Positions 1 through 11,200 of a DNA stretch of 64,000 bases are shown here, one piece after another. A model generated the notes under the pieces. The model was not told where the DNA came from. It saw only the letters and a program-made list of their open reading frames with translations, and ran no database searches. The translations under genes were made by a program, and so were the position numbers. The DNA is from a virus (lineage: Duplodnaviria > Heunggongvirae > Uroviricota > Caudoviricetes), in the IMG/VR virus record IMGVR_UViG_3300029906_000003, positions 1-64,000 of that record, one strand, 5' to 3'. How positions within the stretch are numbered: the first letter of the stretch is position 1; the number at the start of each line of letters is the position of its first letter.

Positions 1-551
1 ATAAAATTGCTTAAGCAAAAAATTCTATAAGTTTTAAAAGTGTCATGTTTTACACTAATATTAAAAATTGCTTGTCAATCATTAATTAAAAAAGTCCAAT
101 CAGCCAAATCTTTCAAAGTTAATTCCATTCCTTCATATAATTCCATATTTTTATCTCCTTTTGCTTTCTGTAGATTTTTTTGCTATAGATGAAACACCAC
201 AAAAAGTTAGACTCTAAGAGAATATAGAGTCTAAAAATCAGGGGGTTTCTGCTTGTTGAGCGTTTGCTTGACTTCATTATTAATAAATAAAATGACGCAT
301 TTCTTAATCTAATTAGTCTAAAAATTCTTAATTTTTCTTTAATACTACACCCTATTTCTTCAACTCACCCCCAAAATTTCAAATGAGATTTTTTAACGTT
401 CCTTAAGAAAATCTAAAAAACTTTTCTCCAACTAAAAATCTACCTCCATTCAATAAAAATTTTCATATGAAACTGCTAAAATCTCCTTATCTTCCTTTAT
501 AACCAAATCCTCCCACCCATTCTATCCGATAGGAGTGAAAAAACTTTACAT

Positions 552-1106
552 ATGACCGAAAGAGACAGAGAACAGTACTTACTTTATCTCATGCAAAGAC
601 TAATAGATGCCTCTCCCCTTGAGATTTCAAAAAAAGACAGACAAGATATTAAAAAGATCATATTCAAAATGAGAGCCCATTTTTTCCATAAGCCCATAAA
701 TGAAACAGAAGCGCAACTTGAATTAATTGATATAGTATATAATAAATTAGATGATAATATACCAAAATCTACTCGTGAGATAACACTTGAATTAATAGAA
801 GATGGCATTTTCTCTCCCTCCGATGGTTTCCCCAGTATATGTAATGCGGTAGGGGCAGCCCTTAAACGCCTTGATGCCTTATACCAAGTAATAACCGGAA
901 TCCAGGTTCCTCGCACTTATGATACGCGGCATAAGGAAAGAATGTTCATAAAGCGGCCGGAGCCTGGTACTGTAATGGACTTAGACTTTTGGAACGAAAG
1001 ACTTAGACTGGCGGGGAGGCGGCCAGTCCGTTATGTTCTCCCCGCTTACCCGCCCCTAGAAGAAAACGGGAAAAGCGTAGCGAAAGATGCGAGTTGGCGC
1101 CCGTAA
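552..1106 (+). CDS. hypothetical protein. The 3' third runs into a GC-rich structured region, so the true stop is uncertain.
   Basis: ORF track; AGGAG 8 nt upstream of ATG 552; the N-terminal 130 aa are protein-like, the C-terminal part lies in atypical GC-rich sequence. Confidence 0.4.
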   Translation: MTERDREQYLLYLMQRLIDASPLEISKKDRQDIKKIIFKMRAHFFHKPINETEAQLELIDIVYNKLDDNIPKSTREITLELIEDGIFSPSDGFPSICNAVGAALKRLDALYQVITGIQVPRTYDTRHKERMFIKRPEPGTVMDLDFWNERLRLAGRRPVRYVLPAYPPLEENGKSVAKDASWRP

Positions 1107-1440
1107 GGGCTGCAAGGAGCATCTTGAGCGTAGCGAAAGTGCGTCCAGCAGAACATATATATAATATATATATAATACTTACATTCACTTGTTCTATACA
1201 TGGTGGCTTCGCCACCCCAGAGGCGTTTCGCTCACTTCGTTCGCTGCACCCTCTGGACTCCCGCAAAACAATAGCAAAAAGAAAAGGGAAGGCGAAAAGC
1301 CTCCCTTTTTTTATTACATATTTATATATGTTATATATGCTATATACATTATACATATTATATATATTATACAAAACACGTGGCCAGTCACCCCTTGCAT
1401 ACAGTATCGCGTCCTTTGCATACATACACGAAAGCCCGCT
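940..1440. other. GC-rich (about 55%) hairpin-dense region, candidate structured RNA or regulatory element
   Basis: Local GC far above the genome background. Direct repeats gacttagact x2 and agcgtagcgaaag x2. Hairpins GGTGGCttcGCCACC and CCAGAGG..CCTCTGG. Flanked by AT runs. Confidence 0.3.
1286..1313 (+). terminator. rho-independent terminator-like hairpin followed by a T-run
   Basis: gggaaggcgaaaagcctccc followed by tttttttt. Confidence 0.45.
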
Positions 1441-1631
1441 TATATTTCCTTATAATCACAATCTATAACTGCGGGGGCCTCGTCTAATACAGTGACGGTA
1501 CGCATCTCATTGAGTATTTTAACGAGAACCGCGGCGCCCCCAGGTACGCGAGTCTTAAATTCTCTCTTCAAATCATCCACATTTATTAATCGCATTTCTT
1601 TACTTCCTTTTTTAGCTCTCCGTTTCCGCAT
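1440..1631 (-). CDS. hypothetical small protein
   Basis: ORF track; TAA stop. Confidence 0.45.
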   Translation of the reverse strand: MRKRRAKKGSKEMRLINVDDLKREFKTRVPGGAAVLVKILNEMRTVTVLDEAPAVIDCDYKEI

Positions 1632-1699
1632 TAAAATTAATACAAATTTTGAGTTTTAAAAAAGCGGCAAAAACTGCCCAAATTTCAAATCTTCAAATC

Positions 1700-1846
1700 T
1701 CATGCGGCGCCACTCCCAGTCCAATCATTATAACAAACAACCATTATTCCAGCCAGTAGTAAATGAGTAATACTACCTTGTGTAAAAAACATCAGTAAAT
1801 CAAGAACTATAGCAACAAAGCACACAATCTGCATCATTTTAATCAT
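1700..1846 (-). CDS. small hydrophobic membrane peptide (48 aa)
   Basis: manual ORF MIKMMQIVCFVAIVLDLLMFF...; below the ORF-track size cutoff. Confidence 0.3.
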   Translation of the reverse strand: MIKMMQIVCFVAIVLDLLMFFTQGSITHLLLAGIMVVCYNDWTGSGAA

Positions 1847-1867
1847 AGATAGAATCCTCACTTATAC

Positions 1868-2139
1868 TTAATAACTACATTCTTCATATCAGTCATATAC
1901 TTATATTCATCTTCACCAGTTACAATGATATAGAAATCACTTGGCTTACTGAAAGCTAAGACGGGAACAACCTCCCATCCCGTGATATAACCACTATAAA
2001 CATTCTCACCAGCCCCATTAGTTACCCACGCATACATATTAGTAAACGCTTCCGCCCTCTAACTCGCCAAAATACAAATTACTACAATAATAATTCCAAC
2101 AGTAAAACCAATCAAATATTTCTTAATCCCATCTCGCAT
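1868..2139 (-). CDS. hypothetical membrane-anchored protein with 1 in-frame TAG
   Basis: manual: MRDGIKKYLIGFTVGIIIVVICILAS[TAG]RAEAFTNMYAWV...KNVVIK, TAA stop; coherent only if TAG is read through. Confidence 0.4.
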
Positions 2140-2152
2140 ATATTATTTTCCT

Positions 2153-2383
2153 CTATTGTAAAAAATATCCAGTCATAATATCAGTAATAAGAAGATTTAT
2201 ACCTTTTACAATATTTATAATAATCCATGTAATAAGATAAGGGAACCAAAGAACACTATAAGCTATTACTCTTTCTTTCTCCAAGTCATCATTATCAAAG
2301 AAGACCAAAAACACAAGGAAACCTATTAACCCATAAGCGGAAAAACCTAATATAATAGTTGATATTATATAAAACCAATCCAT
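2153..2383 (-). CDS. small membrane protein; ORF ends at a TAG, so it may extend about 10 codons to TAA near 2123
   Basis: ORF track; two TM segments. Confidence 0.45.
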   Translation of the reverse strand: MDWFYIISTIILGFSAYGLIGFLVFLVFFDNDDLEKERVIAYSVLWFPYLITWIIINIVKGINLLITDIMTGYFLQ

Positions 2384-2507
2384 TATTTACTTAAAACTCC
2401 TTTGAATATCTTGAACACTTATAAATAGCAAGAACTAAATAATAAAAACAAGTAAAAGAGCAATAGCGATAATGAAGTGAGCACATCCAGTAAAGAAAAG
2501 CCCTCTA

Positions 2508-3065
2508 TCAATATCCATAATCAACCTCAATGCAATTCATTTCCAACACGCGGCAGGCCGCTTCATGATTTTCCACACGGGTCCCCGCGCAACATGAGGC
2601 GCATACCTTAATGGGGATAGAGGGGAAAGCATTTCTCAACATAATTGCATTACTAAGTACGCATATATCCGTACAAACCCCCACCAGCTCAATACTATCA
2701 ACTTCTTCTTTAAATTCTTTGATTCTATTGATTAAAGTCTTGGCGCCGAAGGTGCTCTTCCAAACTGTATTGAAATGATTTGCATAACCTCTCAATTCGT
2801 CAATAATTTCCCATCCCCAAGTATCAATGAGACAATGCGCGGGCAGCTGTTTCATTTCAATATATTTATTTTGAATCTCTGAACCAAGAGAATGAGTATC
2901 TTGAGTAAAGAAAATGTAGTTTTCTTTATCTTCCAAATATTCTCTAATCTTTTTGTCTATATTAGAAATCATTTTATTAGTCAGAGCTTCATCTTGCTGA
3001 ATAGGCAAAGCTCCTTTCACGTTAATAAAATCATTTTGCATATCAACAACAATTAAAATCTTCAT
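2508..3065 (-). CDS. isochorismatase/cysteine-hydrolase family protein, nicotinamidase (PncA)-like
   Basis: N-terminal MKILIVVDMQNDF and catalytic-Cys motif GVCTDICV, typical of nicotinamidase/pyrazinamidase family; TGA stop; extended -10 promoter TGATATAAT upstream. Confidence 0.7.
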   Translation of the reverse strand: MKILIVVDMQNDFINVKGALPIQQDEALTNKMISNIDKKIREYLEDKENYIFFTQDTHSLGSEIQNKYIEMKQLPAHCLIDTWGWEIIDELRGYANHFNTVWKSTFGAKTLINRIKEFKEEVDSIELVGVCTDICVLSNAIMLRNAFPSIPIKVCASCCAGTRVENHEAACRVLEMNCIEVDYGY

Positions 3066-3287
3066 GCGGCGGCCGTCCTTTCTTACATTATATGCGTGGT
3101 CTCATGCGGCAGTGCGCTTGCCGCATTCCTCTTTTTCTATTGTTTTTTCTTCTTTATATATATTATATCATAAAAAGCAAAAGAAAACAATATATAATTT
3201 TTGATGCGGGCGGCCGTCCCCTGATAACATGAACGCGTCCAAAAAAATAAGCGGTGCCATCCGACACCGCACAGGACGAGGGCCGCA

Positions 3288-4187
3288 TTAAAATTCAATA
3301 ATGGCTTCGCCTTCGTCAGTAATTTTAAGACTTCTAAGAGCGTCCTTAATCATCAGCCCTGTAGACCCATCCCAACTTTCAGCCACTTCATCCAGGCTCT
3401 TGCCTGCGTGCATCTCAAGGATAGAAACAATGGTTTCCGCAATCTTACTCTCATCTTTTAGCATGATTGCGTTCTGCCCCAGTAGATTAGTCCATTCTTC
3501 CTTTACAGGCTGGTAATATACAGGATGGATAATGAGATGATACACGTTATAACGTCTCGACAGTTCAGTCAAGATTTCTTCAGAACTAATATCATCCTGC
3601 ACATCATCGCCAATGAACTCTTTAATGGCTTCCTTACTAATCTTAGGTAAGCAACATTCATCACCAATAGTAAAGATGAAACCTTTCTTCTTGTGTTTAT
3701 CCCAACTATCAATCTTAGTATGTCTTGCCGCAAAGTACCAAGGCAGAGAATAACTCTCACCCGCGTTACCGCCCCCACCTCGTTCAAAGTATACATCATT
3801 GAGCTGTTCCGCGATACGAATGTCACTTTCAAACTGTGTTACTTGAAGGGGGTAATCATCACATTCAGTATCACCAAAGGCCGCGAACATAATCTGCGGG
3901 TCTTCAATGGGCTTGCGGTCATACAGTTCAGAAATCAAATCATTCAGTTTCTTGAAGACACTCTCAAGGCAATGCCCCATAGAACCAGTCACATCCAGCC
4001 CAATGATAATAGGCGTGCTATTAGGATGTTCGTCACTGTCACACGCTTCGCGCGTCACATTCTTAGGACTAAGAGTTTTCTTCATAGAAGTGCACGAATA
4101 AAGAGAATCAACGGTAGAACTCGCACCATAACCCCTAGTTGTAGTATAAGTAGTCCAATCCATTGCAGTCCAACTACCAGAACCCAT
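3288..4187 (-). CDS. von Willebrand factor type A (vWA) domain protein
   Basis: MIDAS motif LDVTGSMG (DxSxS) near the N-terminus. Confidence 0.65.
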   Translation of the reverse strand: MGSGSWTAMDWTTYTTTRGYGASSTVDSLYSCTSMKKTLSPKNVTREACDSDEHPNSTPIIIGLDVTGSMGHCLESVFKKLNDLISELYDRKPIEDPQIMFAAFGDTECDDYPLQVTQFESDIRIAEQLNDVYFERGGGGNAGESYSLPWYFAARHTKIDSWDKHKKKGFIFTIGDECCLPKISKEAIKEFIGDDVQDDISSEEILTELSRRYNVYHLIIHPVYYQPVKEEWTNLLGQNAIMLKDESKIAETIVSILEMHAGKSLDEVAESWDGSTGLMIKDALRSLKITDEGEAIIEF

Positions 4188-4191
4188 AATA

Positions 4192-5199
4192 TCAATCTCC
4201 TTTATAAATCTCGTTTAATGTCCAATCAATCTTTATAAACTTTCGCTCTCCCCATGCAGAGGTGAGGACTTTTTCCCATTTTTTTAACTCAACAACAGCA
4301 TCAGAATTAGAACCAGAATTAAAATATTCAACAAGCGCGGGCGGCGTCTCTGGCGTCATCAGGGTGCGTCCAAATAGCTTTACAGACTCAATATCTGTGA
4401 CAGGACTTGCAATCTTATTGGCTTTTACTGCGGGCGGCATTACGTCAAAGACTTCTTTAGTTGTACCAATCATCTTTTCGCCATCATTGGCCGCGTACTG
4501 CCATCCGCCATATAGATAAATGTCATGATTAGCTAAATCTATAAACATATTATCTAATGTAATTCCATTATGAACGCAACCCCCACCTTTCATATATTTA
4601 AAACAACAGCAAAGGTTAAGAAGGCGAGTAATCATCCAAGCTAAGTGGCGCGGCGGCACATTTAGTCCAAAAAAGTTTTCAACGACTGGCCGCATTGGAA
4701 CTACCTCTGGCCGCTTATTCAAAACAAGCACTTTTTCTTTGTCTATTGTTTCGTAGACTTTGGAAATTTCAGGCAAAAAGTGCTTAAATTTTAAGGCTAT
4801 TTCCTTGTGTGCGAAGTCGATAGCCCCTGTACGGTTAATGTATTGGGCCGAAAATTTTTCTTTGTTTTTATCAAAGATGTACAAAACGTGACTAGCCCCT
4901 ACAAGGCATTTGCCGCACTCAAAGTCATAACTATATTGAGGTCTTACTTCCAAAGTTTTGCTGTCTATTGTTTTTATGCGAACTAAATACTTGCTTTGCC
5001 AATTCCCATTTTGAAGGGCGGCCAGCGCTTCATGATACATGGTATTTAGCTTAGTAAAGGCTTCATATGCATCTTCTTCACAACAAATATCAGGATGACA
5101 AATTTTACTAAGTGCAAAGTACGTTGACTTTACACTGTTAATATCTGGTTCAAATATATCTGCGTACTCTCTTGCCGCAAGAATCTGTTTAATAGTCAT
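4192..5199 (-). CDS. J-domain (HPD motif) protein with a C-terminal kinase-like region
   Basis: YFALSKICHPD (HPD tripeptide of DnaJ J-domains); HNGITLDNMFID resembles a kinase catalytic loop. Confidence 0.5.
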   Translation of the reverse strand: MTIKQILAAREYADIFEPDINSVKSTYFALSKICHPDICCEEDAYEAFTKLNTMYHEALAALQNGNWQSKYLVRIKTIDSKTLEVRPQYSYDFECGKCLVGASHVLYIFDKNKEKFSAQYINRTGAIDFAHKEIALKFKHFLPEISKVYETIDKEKVLVLNKRPEVVPMRPVVENFFGLNVPPRHLAWMITRLLNLCCCFKYMKGGGCVHNGITLDNMFIDLANHDIYLYGGWQYAANDGEKMIGTTKEVFDVMPPAVKANKIASPVTDIESVKLFGRTLMTPETPPALVEYFNSGSNSDAVVELKKWEKVLTSAWGERKFIKIDWTLNEIYKGD

Positions 5200-5490
5200 T
5201 TATTCATTTCCTTTGCTTTTCTTTATATATATATTATATCATAAAAACAAAAGAAAAACAACATGGAATTTTTAAGACGCAAAAAGTGCTATGAACAGAC
5301 ACAAGCAAATCCAACAAAAAGAGAAGCGCCAAAACGCCTCTCCTCATAAATAAAAGTCCTTCTCTGACAAGACTATTTTCTTCTACAACAAGCAGATAAG
5401 GCCCCTATCGAATATTTTATCGTTTCGGAAAAAACTTAGCTCATTCTGCTTGACCGCGCAAAAAGAGGAGGCTTTCGCCCCCTCCATACA

Positions 5491-6366
5491 TTACTCAATA
5501 TTGTTCAATACTGGGATGGTTTCCCCTCCGCCAACATAAGAAGGAAGCTCGCCATTCCACTTACTATCCACGTCCATGATACGATAATATTCAATCAGTT
5601 CAGGCGTAATACTAGAGGTCAATGCCTGGTTAGCTTCCGCCGCTTTCTGGGCCGCATACAATTCAGTATCAGCTGCAATCTTCTGCTGGGTGGCCGCAGC
5701 TTCCGCCTCAATGACCTTCTGTTCAGCCTCCGTCTGGGCGCGTTCCTTATCTTGTTCAGCCTTAGCTTTTGCCTCAACCGCATCTGTAAAGGTGTCCGTG
5801 AAGTCAATATTAATCAGACTAATATAGTCCAGTTCAATATTATAACCACTAAGTTGTGTAGCAAGAGTTTCCGTGATTTCATTCACAGCTTGCGCCCGAC
5901 TTTCAATCAGTTCATTGGCAGTATACTTCGCTAGACCAGTTTTTACTACCTCGCGCATCTTGGGCAAAATGATAATATCTTTATAATTCTTGCCAACTTC
6001 CTTGTACAGGTTCATAGCCGCGTCTTGATTAATTCTATAACCGATTGTAACACTTGCACTCACTTCCTGAATATCAGAACTAAAGCACATCAAGTCTTCA
6101 CTGAACTCTTGCACGCGGTTATCCATTTTAACGACCCCTTGCCACGGAGCGATAAACGACAAACCTGCATCCAGAGTCCTATCTTCAACGCGGCCAAAGG
6201 TAGTAACAATACCCGTATAACCTGTGGGGATGCTCACTACACATGAGGTTACGGCTAGTACTACGGCAAGGGTACACGCCGCCCCGCCAATAATCTTCAT
6301 CTTACCTTTTGTTTTAAGGAAGAGAATCGCGCCAACAATAGCAAAAATAATAGCTACAAAAATCAT
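5491..6366 (-). CDS. SPFH/band-7 (prohibitin/HflK-like) membrane protein
   Basis: N-terminal TM helix; GIVTTFGRV...LSFIAPW signature of SPFH; Ala/Glu-rich coiled-coil tail. Confidence 0.75.
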   Translation of the reverse strand: MIFVAIIFAIVGAILFLKTKGKMKIIGGAACTLAVVLAVTSCVVSIPTGYTGIVTTFGRVEDRTLDAGLSFIAPWQGVVKMDNRVQEFSEDLMCFSSDIQEVSASVTIGYRINQDAAMNLYKEVGKNYKDIIILPKMREVVKTGLAKYTANELIESRAQAVNEITETLATQLSGYNIELDYISLINIDFTDTFTDAVEAKAKAEQDKERAQTEAEQKVIEAEAAATQQKIAADTELYAAQKAAEANQALTSSITPELIEYYRIMDVDSKWNGELPSYVGGGETIPVLNNIE

Positions 6367-7149
6367 TTAATCATTCTCCTTAATTAATTTAGTTACTTTC
6401 TTATAATATTTATTAACAAAATCTTTCTGCGCTTCTTCATCTTCAAAATATGTCAGATGGCGCAAAGCAGATAGATTTTCATCATAATAAAGGAAAGTAT
6501 CCTTTAAAGACTCGTAAGTATAATCACAGTTCTTCAGAAGAGTATCAATCTTATATTCATCCCACTCTTCTTCTTTTGCTTCTTTGATTGCTTGGACAAC
6601 AAAATCGTTATAAGGGATAAAAATATCTCTAATATCTTCGTTTAAACCATGCACATAGTTATCAAGAAATTCCGCTTGGAGGATGGCGTTGACAGTACCT
6701 TTTATTGTACTTTTCTCCAAAAGACTCAAACCCATTTTAACAGAATGAGTAATTGTATTAATTGGATTCAAATAAACAAAAGTATCATACAAATAAGACT
6801 CGCAGAAGTCCCGCCGCCAATATTCAGTCGTGTTAAACCGAGTAAGCAATAGCTCAATGTCTTTGGGATAACCTTGCATTAGACCTTGCGTCCAGGTGCG
6901 GATGTCTTTAAGAACAACCTTCTCTCCATTCTCTAACTGAATCTCTTTATTTACTGGCCCCTTATGCCAGACCGTAAAGTCAAGAGAAGGAATAAATAGA
7001 GTCACGGTATCAACATCGCTTTTTGCAGTGTCGGTTTTATAGTTCTGGCTACCGTACAGATAGGTGCCAAAGTTCTTAGCTTTCGGCGACCACTTCTCCA
7101 ATTCTTTTAAAGCAATACTTTCGTGCGCGGCAAGTGCCTGTTCAATCAT
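6367..7149 (-). CDS. nucleotidyltransferase-fold protein (pol-beta superfamily)
   Basis: GS-x10-DVD motif (YLYGSQNYKTDTAKSDVD) near the N-terminus. Confidence 0.5.
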   Translation of the reverse strand: MIEQALAAHESIALKELEKWSPKAKNFGTYLYGSQNYKTDTAKSDVDTVTLFIPSLDFTVWHKGPVNKEIQLENGEKVVLKDIRTWTQGLMQGYPKDIELLLTRFNTTEYWRRDFCESYLYDTFVYLNPINTITHSVKMGLSLLEKSTIKGTVNAILQAEFLDNYVHGLNEDIRDIFIPYNDFVVQAIKEAKEEEWDEYKIDTLLKNCDYTYESLKDTFLYYDENLSALRHLTYFEDEEAQKDFVNKYYKKVTKLIKEND

Positions 7150-7417
7150 ATGGTATCTCCATTAACTCCAAATTATTAATTAAGAAAACTATGTTAGTAC
7201 CGTTCATTCCATGAGATGATATATTTGCAATTTTACCTTTTTCCATCTTTGCGAAAAGGTTTTTCACGACTGGCCGCGAAACATCACAATCTATACAAAC
7301 CTAAGTAACCACTAAATCTGTGCTTTTTTTCTTTCCACCATCAAAGTATTTATTCAATATATCTTTATACAGGCGACTTTCTTTTTTTGTGAGTGTGGAC
7401 GCAAACATTGCGCGGAG

Positions 7418-7846
7418 CTAATTCTCATCTTTGTCGGGGTCTCGTCCATTGAATTTGTCAATGACCTGCCGCGCGAACTTATAAATAATATTTAACGATT
7501 CTGTTTGCGATGAACTAGTCCATTCTTCTTTTGCTTTAAGGAAAGAATCTTTATATAAAGCATTTTTTAGCGTTGAAGAACTATTATTAAACAATAAATC
7601 AGCTCTTTGAAATGATTCGTGAGTTATGGCATCATCTAATGAATGTAACCCAAAATACTCTCGTATATCAACTACACACACTGAGCCTCTTTCCTTGGTT
7701 GATTTAGGAACTAGACAACTATACAAATCTTTTTCTTTAGGAAGAATTATTCCAAAAATGAGGTTGTTCTAAATTGAAACAACGGCTAGTAACTAATTCC
7801 CATACCATCTGAATAACTCATAGTAACACTCTTTGAGCCCATCCAT
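7418..7846 (-). CDS. hypothetical protein with 2 N-terminal in-frame TAG codons. The track ORF 7418-7726 ends at a TAG; read-through would extend to about 7283.
   Basis: Manual extension upstream through TAGs gives MDGLKECYYELFRWYGN[TAG]LLAVVSI[TAG]NNLIF.. in frame with the track ORF. The sequence downstream of the terminal TAG is protein-like (MFASTLTKKESRLYKDILNKYFDGGKKK). Confidence 0.4.
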
Positions 7847-7985
7847 ATTTCTTTTCTCCTTTTCTCTTGTTTCTTATGTATATATTATATCATCTTTTTA
7901 ATAAAAAATCAATAAGAAATTTTTGGACAAAGATAATTTATGATAAATGGACTATTTTTATAGTAAGAAAAGGAGGTCATGCCTT

Positions 7986-8270
7986 ATGACTTTGAATGGA
8001 AGAATTGGACAAGTTCTAGGCCCATTTGATGCTGGTATTGATTTGCTTGCAGACGATGGCGCTATAGGACAATTTACTCCTGAATCTACTAAGCCTGTCA
8101 TCGAAAAATTAGGTATTCAGACAGATGTGGGTACAATGGTAGAAATTAATGGAGTCCAAATAAAGATTGGAAAAACTGGAATATACGAATTAGACAATCG
8201 TGTAGCAATCAAGACTTTGAAGTTCCCTGATGGGGCAAGTGCAGATACGATTGTTGATTTTGTCTACTAA
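7986..8270 (+). CDS. hypothetical protein (94 aa), possibly structural
   Basis: ORF track, with the start moved to the ATG 9 nt after the AAAGGAGG RBS. Confidence 0.5.
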   Translation: MTLNGRIGQVLGPFDAGIDLLADDGAIGQFTPESTKPVIEKLGIQTDVGTMVEINGVQIKIGKTGIYELDNRVAIKTLKFPDGASADTIVDFVY

Positions 8271-8296
8271 TCAAAAGAAAGAGGTGACTTTAATAC

Positions 8297-11200
8297 ATGA
8301 CTAGCTTTTATGGAAGCGTGAATGGCGGCCAAGGGGGAAGCGGCGAAGGGGTTGATACTTCTACTCTAATGCAGAAGAATAACCCGACCTTCAATGGCAC
8401 TATCACTGGCCCCAATGCGCGCTTTACAGGAACTGTGCAGATTCCTGAACCAACAGAAGATAATCATGCAGCTACCAAAGGCTATGTCGATGCGGCCCTC
8501 GCTGATGTCGATTTAAGTGAAGTTACTACTAGAATGGACGCAATCGAAACCGCATAGGACGAGCTTGCCGCGCAGTTAGATGATAAAGTTGATGCGGAGA
8601 ATCCCGCATTTACTGGCACAGCTACTTTAGATGGAAAGAATATTGCAACTGTAGACTAGATTCCTAATATAAGTGATTTACCTTACCTAGATGAAAATAA
8701 TCCAACTTATACTGGGACTTTAACTGGCGAAAATGCGGCCTTCAGTGGAACCGTCACGGTTGCAACCCCTGCCGCAGAGGGCGAGGCCGCGAACAAAGGC
8801 TATGTGGATGCAGCCAAGACAGAACTTGAAGGAGATATTAATACTTTACAGCAGACTGTTGCAAATCAGGCTGAAACTATTAATACTCTTAATCAATAGG
8901 TAACTAATATAACAGGCGGAACAGTAGAGCTTCCTTATTTGAAGAATACTGGTGATAGCGGCACTGGCGTCTATGATTTCACGGGTGCAACTGTTAATGC
9001 GGCCGACCCAGTTGATAACAGCAATGTTGCAACTAAACACTATGTGGATTAGAAGGTTGCAAGCGCAGGTGGCACAGGTGAAGTCGTAAGCTATACTCAA
9101 GGCGATGGTATTTCTATCTCACCTGAAAATGAGATTAGCTTGTCTATTGATAGCGCGGGCGCCAATGGTTTGAAAGTTGGAGCTAATGGTCTAGGCTTAG
9201 ACCTTGCGACCGGTACAACATCAGGTGCCATGGCCGCATCAGATAAGACTGCTATTGCTTCAAATACGACTGAAATTACTAATATTAAAGATGGAACTAC
9301 TGAATTGCCATACTTAAAAGAGACTAACCCTACATATGAAGGCACTCTAATCGGTGGAGATGCGACTTTCACTGGGAGCGTCTAGATCTCAACTCCTGAC
9401 CAAGACAACGAGGCCGCGAACAAAAGCTATGTAGATACAGCTCTTGCAGAAGCTAAATCTTATACTGATAATGCAGTATCTGGAATTGCTTCTGATGAAA
9501 CAATTCAGCAAATTCAATCTGATATTGAAAATATTGAAAATGGAACTACAGTTCTTCCTTACTTGTCATCAGCTGGGGGAACAGTGACAGGTCCTATCAA
9601 GTATGGAACGAGTCCTAAAGATACGTCAGACTTGGCAAATAAAGCATATGTAGATGCTATCCATGTCCAAGCTGTCGCAGATGCTAAAAATTATACTGAT
9701 AGTGAAATTACTAATCTTGAGAATGGGACAACTGAATTACCTTATATTAAAAACAATGGAGATACTATAACAGGTAGCTATGATTTAACTGGGGCCGCAG
9801 TTACTATCGCTGAACCTGTATCTGATAATAGCCCCGCTACTAAGAAATATGTTGATGATTCTATTTCTGCTATTGATGTAAGTGAATAGATTGCGCCTTT
9901 AACTGGAAGAGTCGCTGCCGCGGAGGGTGAGATTGATACCCTGTAGATTGACGTTGAAGCTGTTGAGATTAGCGTGGCTAATATTACTAATGGGACAACT
10001 GAATTACCTTATGTAAAAGATTCTGGTGACACTGTTACTGGCACCTATAATTTTACGGGAGCTAATGTGACTATTGCCGAACCTACTGTCAGTAATAATC
10101 CTGCTACTAAGAATTACGTTGATACAAAGATAGCAAGCGCAGGCGGCTCTGGAGAAGTTGTGAGTTACACTTAGGGTAATGGTATTAATATTTCTCCTGA
10201 GAACATTATTTCTGTAGTCATTGCCGCAGATAATGCCAATGGTCTCGCTGTCGATACTAATGGTATCAAATTAAATGTGGCGACTTCTACAACAGCTGGT
10301 GCGATGAGTGGAGCTGATAAAGCTAAACTAGATGCTTCTTCTACTACTGAGCAGATGAATCAAGCTATTAGCAGTGCTATTGATGAAGCTCTTGAAGACC
10401 CGACCAAACTGCCTTTTGTAAACATTAATGGAGATACCATGCACGGTAGCCTTACTACCACTGAATTGTTTACTGATTTTGTCACTATTCGTAATGCAGG
10501 GACAGATGGTAAGACAGGTTTCCAGAATAATAGTGATACTGACCATATTAGAGTCTATGATAAAGTAGCCAACACTCTTGTTCCTATTGAAGTTGGAGAA
10601 CCTGTAAACAATCAAGATGCTTCAACCAAGAAATATGTTGACGATAAGGTTACTACTGAAACTGCTGCTAGAGCAGAAGCTATCGAAGACCTTAATGAAG
10701 CAAAAGCAGATAAGGACAATCCCACATTTACTGGCACTCTTTCAGGTGCAAACGCGACTCTTAGTGGCACATTAACTGGCAACACAGCAACCTTCTCAGG
10801 TGGAATTACTGTTCCTCTTGAGCCAGGAGCAGAAGGAAGTGCAACTTCTAAGAAGTATGTTGATGACCAGATTGCCGCCATAGATGTAAGCGAGCAGATT
10901 GAACCTTTAGCTCAAAGAGTTACTACAGCAGAAGGAGAAATTGATACTCTTCAAAGTAATATTGTCAACATCACTAATGGAACTACTGAGTTACCATATA
11001 TTGAAAAATCCAATGGCTCTTATACCGGACAGCTTTTTGGAGAAAACCTTGAGTTGTCTGGCAATATCAACGCAGCAAATGCTGAATTTACTGACAGTGT
11101 TACCGTACCAGTTACACCTATAAATGATGCGAATGCTGCGTCTAAAAAGTATGTAGATGAGAAGGTTGCTACTCTTCCCTATGTAACAAAAGAAGAGGTA

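Noticed and set aside
1094-1468. Track ORFs of 124 and 88 aa (+) and 140 aa (-) in the GC-rich region
   Set aside because: They overlap each other in a hairpin-dense, compositionally atypical region and have no RBS; the region is more likely RNA or regulatory.
3693-4238. 181-aa + ORF and other antisense ORFs inside 3288-5199
   Set aside because: Nested inside the confidently assigned vWA and J-domain genes on the - strand.
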